Assembly (NCBI RefSeq): GCF_963921235.1
Contig: NC_086108.1
Span: 114,454,001 to 114,518,000, forward strand
Direction: 5' to 3'
DNA length: 64,000 nucleotides
Source of the DNA: Mobula hypostoma
Taxonomy: Eukaryota
Shown here: piece after piece, positions 60,990 through 64,000 of the stretch
Layout of the letters: every line of letters starts with the position of its first letter
Numbering within the stretch: the stretch's first letter is position 1
The notes under the pieces: model-generated
The model's database searches: none
Seen by the model: the letters and a program-made list of their open reading frames with translations, nothing else
Told to the model about the DNA's origin: nothing
Translations under genes and position numbers: made by a program

Positions 60990-63745
60990 AAACACAAAAT
61001 AATCTGCAGATGCTGGGGTCAAAGCAACACTCACAACATGCTGGAGGAACTCAGCAGGTCAGGCAGCATCCGTGGAAAAGATCGGTCGACGTTTCAGGCC
61101 GAAATCCTTTGTCAGGACTGTAGGGGGAAGGGGCAGAGGCCCTATAAAGAAGGTGGGGGGAGGGTGGGAAGGAGAAGGCTGGTAGGTACCAGGTGAAAAA
61201 CCACTAAGGGGAAAGATAAAGGGGAAACATAGAAACATAGAAAATAGGTGCAGGAGTAGGCCATTCAGCCCTTCGAGCTTGCACTGCCATTTATTATGAT
61301 CATGGCTGATCATCCAACTCAGAACCCTGCCCCAGCCTTCCCTCCATACCCCCGATCCCTTTAGCCACAAGGGCCATATCTAACTCCCTCTTAAATATAG
61401 CCAATGAACAGGCCTCAACTGTTTCCTGTGGCAGAGAATTCCACAGATTCACCACTCTCTGTGTGAAGAAGTTTTTCCTAATCTCGGTCCTAAAAGGCTT
61501 CCTCTTTATCCTCAAACTGTGACCCCGCGTTCTGGACTCCCCCAACATCGGGAACAATCTTCCTGCATCTAGGCTGTCCAATCCCTTTAGGATTTTATAT
61601 GTTTCAATCAGATCCCCCCTCAATCTTCTAAATTCCAACTAGTACAAGCCCAGTTCATCCAGCCTTTCTTCATATGAAAGTCCTGCCATCCCAGGAATCA
61701 ATCTGGTGAACCTTCTTTGTACTCCCTCTATGGCAAGGATGTCTTTCCTCAGATTAGGGGACCAAAACTGCACACAATACTCCAGGTGTGGTCTCACCAA
61801 GGCCTTGTACAACTGCAGTAGTACCTCTCTGCTCCTGTACTCGAATCCTCTCGCTATAAATGCCAGCATACCATTCGCCTTTTTCACCGCCTGCTGTACC
61901 TGCATGCCCACTTTCAATGACTGGTGTATAATGACACCCAGGTCTCGTTGCACCTCCCCTTTTCCTAATCGGTCACCATTCAGATAATAATCTGTTTTCC
62001 TATTTTTGCCACCAAAGTGGATAACTTCACATTTATCCACATTAAACTGCATCTGCCATGAATTTGCCCACTCACCCAACCTATCCAAGTCACTCTGCAT
62101 CCTCTTAGCATCCTCCTCACAGCTAACACTGCCACCCAGCTTCGTGTCATCCGCAAACTTGGAGATGCTGCATTTAATTCCCTCATCCAAGTCATTAATA
62201 TATATTGTAAACAACTGGGGTCCCAGCACTGAGCCTTGCGGTATCCCACTAGTCACCGCCTGCCATTCTGAAAAGGTCCCGTTTATTCCCACGCTTTGCT
62301 TCCTGTCTGCTAACCAATTCTCTATCCACATCAATACCTTACCCCCAATACTGTGTGCTTTAAGTTTGCACACTAATCTCCTGTGTGGGACCTTGTCAAA
62401 AGCCTTTTGAAAATCCAAATATACCACATCCACTGGTTCTCCCCTATCCACTCTACTAGTTACATCCTCAAAAAATTCTATGAGATTCGTCAGACATGAT
62501 TTTCCTTTCACAAATCCATGCTGACTTTGCCTGATGATTTCACCACTTTCCAAATGTGCTGTTATCACATCTTTGATAACTGACTCCAGCAGTTTCCCCA
62601 CCACCGACGTTAGGCTAACCGGTCTATAATTCCCCGGTTTCTCTCTCCCCCCTTTTTTAAAAAGTGGGGTTACATTAGCCACCCTCCAATCCTCAGGAAC
62701 TAGTCCAGAATCTAACGAGTTTTGAAAAATTATCACTAATGCATCCACTATTTCTTGGGCTACTTCCTTAAGCACTCTGGGATGCAGACCATCTGGCCCT
62801 GGGGATTTATCTGCCTTCAATCCTTTCAATTTACCTAACACCACTTCCCTACTAACGTGTATTTCGCTCAGTTCCTCCATCTCACTGGACCCTCTGTCCC
62901 CTACTATTTCTGGAAGATTATTTATGTCCTCCTTAGTGAAGACAGAACCAAAGTAATTATTCAATTGGTCTGCCATGTCCTTGCTCCCCATAATCAATTC
63001 ACCTGTTTCTGTCTGTAGGGGACCTACATTTGTCTTTACCAGTCTTTTCCTTTTTACATATCTATAAAAGCTTTTACAGTCAGTTTTTATGTTCCCTGCC
63101 AGTTTTCTCTCATAATCTTTTTTCCCCTTCCTAATTAAGCCCTTTGTCCTCCTCTGCTGAACTCTGAATTTCTCCCAGTCCTCAGGTGAGCCATTTTTTC
63201 TAGCTAATTTGAGTAGTAGAAGGAGGCGGAACCATGAGGGAGGTGATAGGCAGCTGGGGGAGGGGACAGAGTGACATAGGGATAGAGGAAGGGAGGGGGA
63301 GGGAATTACCGGAAGTTGGAGAATTCTGTGTTCATACCAAGGAGCTGGAGACTACCTAGACGGTATATGAGGTGTTGCTCCTCCAACCTGAGTTTAGCCT
63401 CATCATGGCAGTAGAGGAGGCCATGTATGGACATATCTGAATGGGAATGGGAAGCAGAGTTGAAGTGGGTGGCTACTGGGAGATCCTGTCTGTTGTGGCG
63501 GACGGCTGAGGTGCTCGACGAAGCGGTACCCCAATCTGCGTCAGGTTTCACTGATGTAGAGGAGGCCGCACCAGGAGCACCGGATGCAATAGACAACCCC
63601 GACAGACTCACAAGTGAAGTGTTGCCTCACTTGGAAGGACTGTTTGGGGCCCTGAATGGTGGCAAGAGAGGAGGTGTAGGGACAGGTGTAGCACTTATGC
63701 TTACAGGGATAAGTGCCGGGTGGGAGATCCGTGGGGAGATCAGCG
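60990..63745 (-). mobile_element. Penelope-like element 3' part (60990-61224 + 63211-63745) split by a young CR1
   Basis: PVATHFNS..EEQHLIYRLGSLQLLGMNTEFSNFR (GIY-YIG C-terminus); pLTR with hammerhead variant agtcctgacaaaggatttcggcctgaaacgtcgacc at about 61084-61119. Confidence 0.85.
61225..63210 (-). mobile_element. Young 5'-truncated CR1 LINE with one premature stop (61639)
   Basis: 452-aa and 112-aa in-frame ORFs separated by TAG; (TTTCTATG)n tail. Confidence 0.97.
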
Positions 63746-64000
63746 TGTTGTGACTGGAGGAACTCAGCAGGTCAGGCAGCAGCTACGTAGATGAATCGAT
63801 CTTCGGCCCAGGACAGAGGACTGTGGTGAGCTGCTGTCAGCGGCCTATGACCCAGGAGGGGTGATGGGCTGAGGAAGATACCTGCTGAGTTTCTCCAGTA
63901 GCAGAATCAGACTCAGCTTTACTATCACTGGCATATGTCGTAAAATTTGTTGTTATTCAGTAACAGTACATTGCCATACACAACAAAAACTGGAAATTTC

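Noticed and set aside
12100..64000. RBM18/MRRF exons (mammalian neighbours upstream of LHX6)
   Set aside because: No matching peptides seen; very short exons could have been missed without an alignment.

Overview
Repeat-dense vertebrate genomic DNA, most likely from a cartilaginous fish. This assignment is inferred from the HE1/V-type SINEs, shark/ray-type CR1 LINEs and Penelope-like elements. The only host protein-coding gene I can support is the 5' end of a LIM-homeobox gene, best matching LHX6, on the minus strand. It has three phase-0 exons (11339-11256, 10021-9986, 7950-7807) that splice in frame into MYWKS...[19 protein letters not shown]; the rest of the gene lies left of the window. 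The ~52 kb upstream is mostly nested mobile DNA: CR1 LINEs (three near-identical young copies), Rex1/Babar-like LINE fragments, Penelope-like elements, V-SINEs, RTE-derived short elements, two inverted Gypsy-like solo LTRs with 5-bp TSDs, and several minisatellites. Signals not visible in the ORF track: (1) a family of short fold-back Penelope-derived elements carrying minimal hammerhead ribozymes, one with an intact core at 12748-12783; (2) a decayed R4/Dong-clade restriction-like-endonuclease fragment inserted at a TAA/TTA repeat; (3) repeated NKX2/MEIS/homeodomain composite motifs around LHX6; (4) an apparent CpG-retention domain around the promoter; (5) an orphan CpG island at about 43.6 kb. 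TE boundaries were read by eye and are approximate unless a TSD is given.
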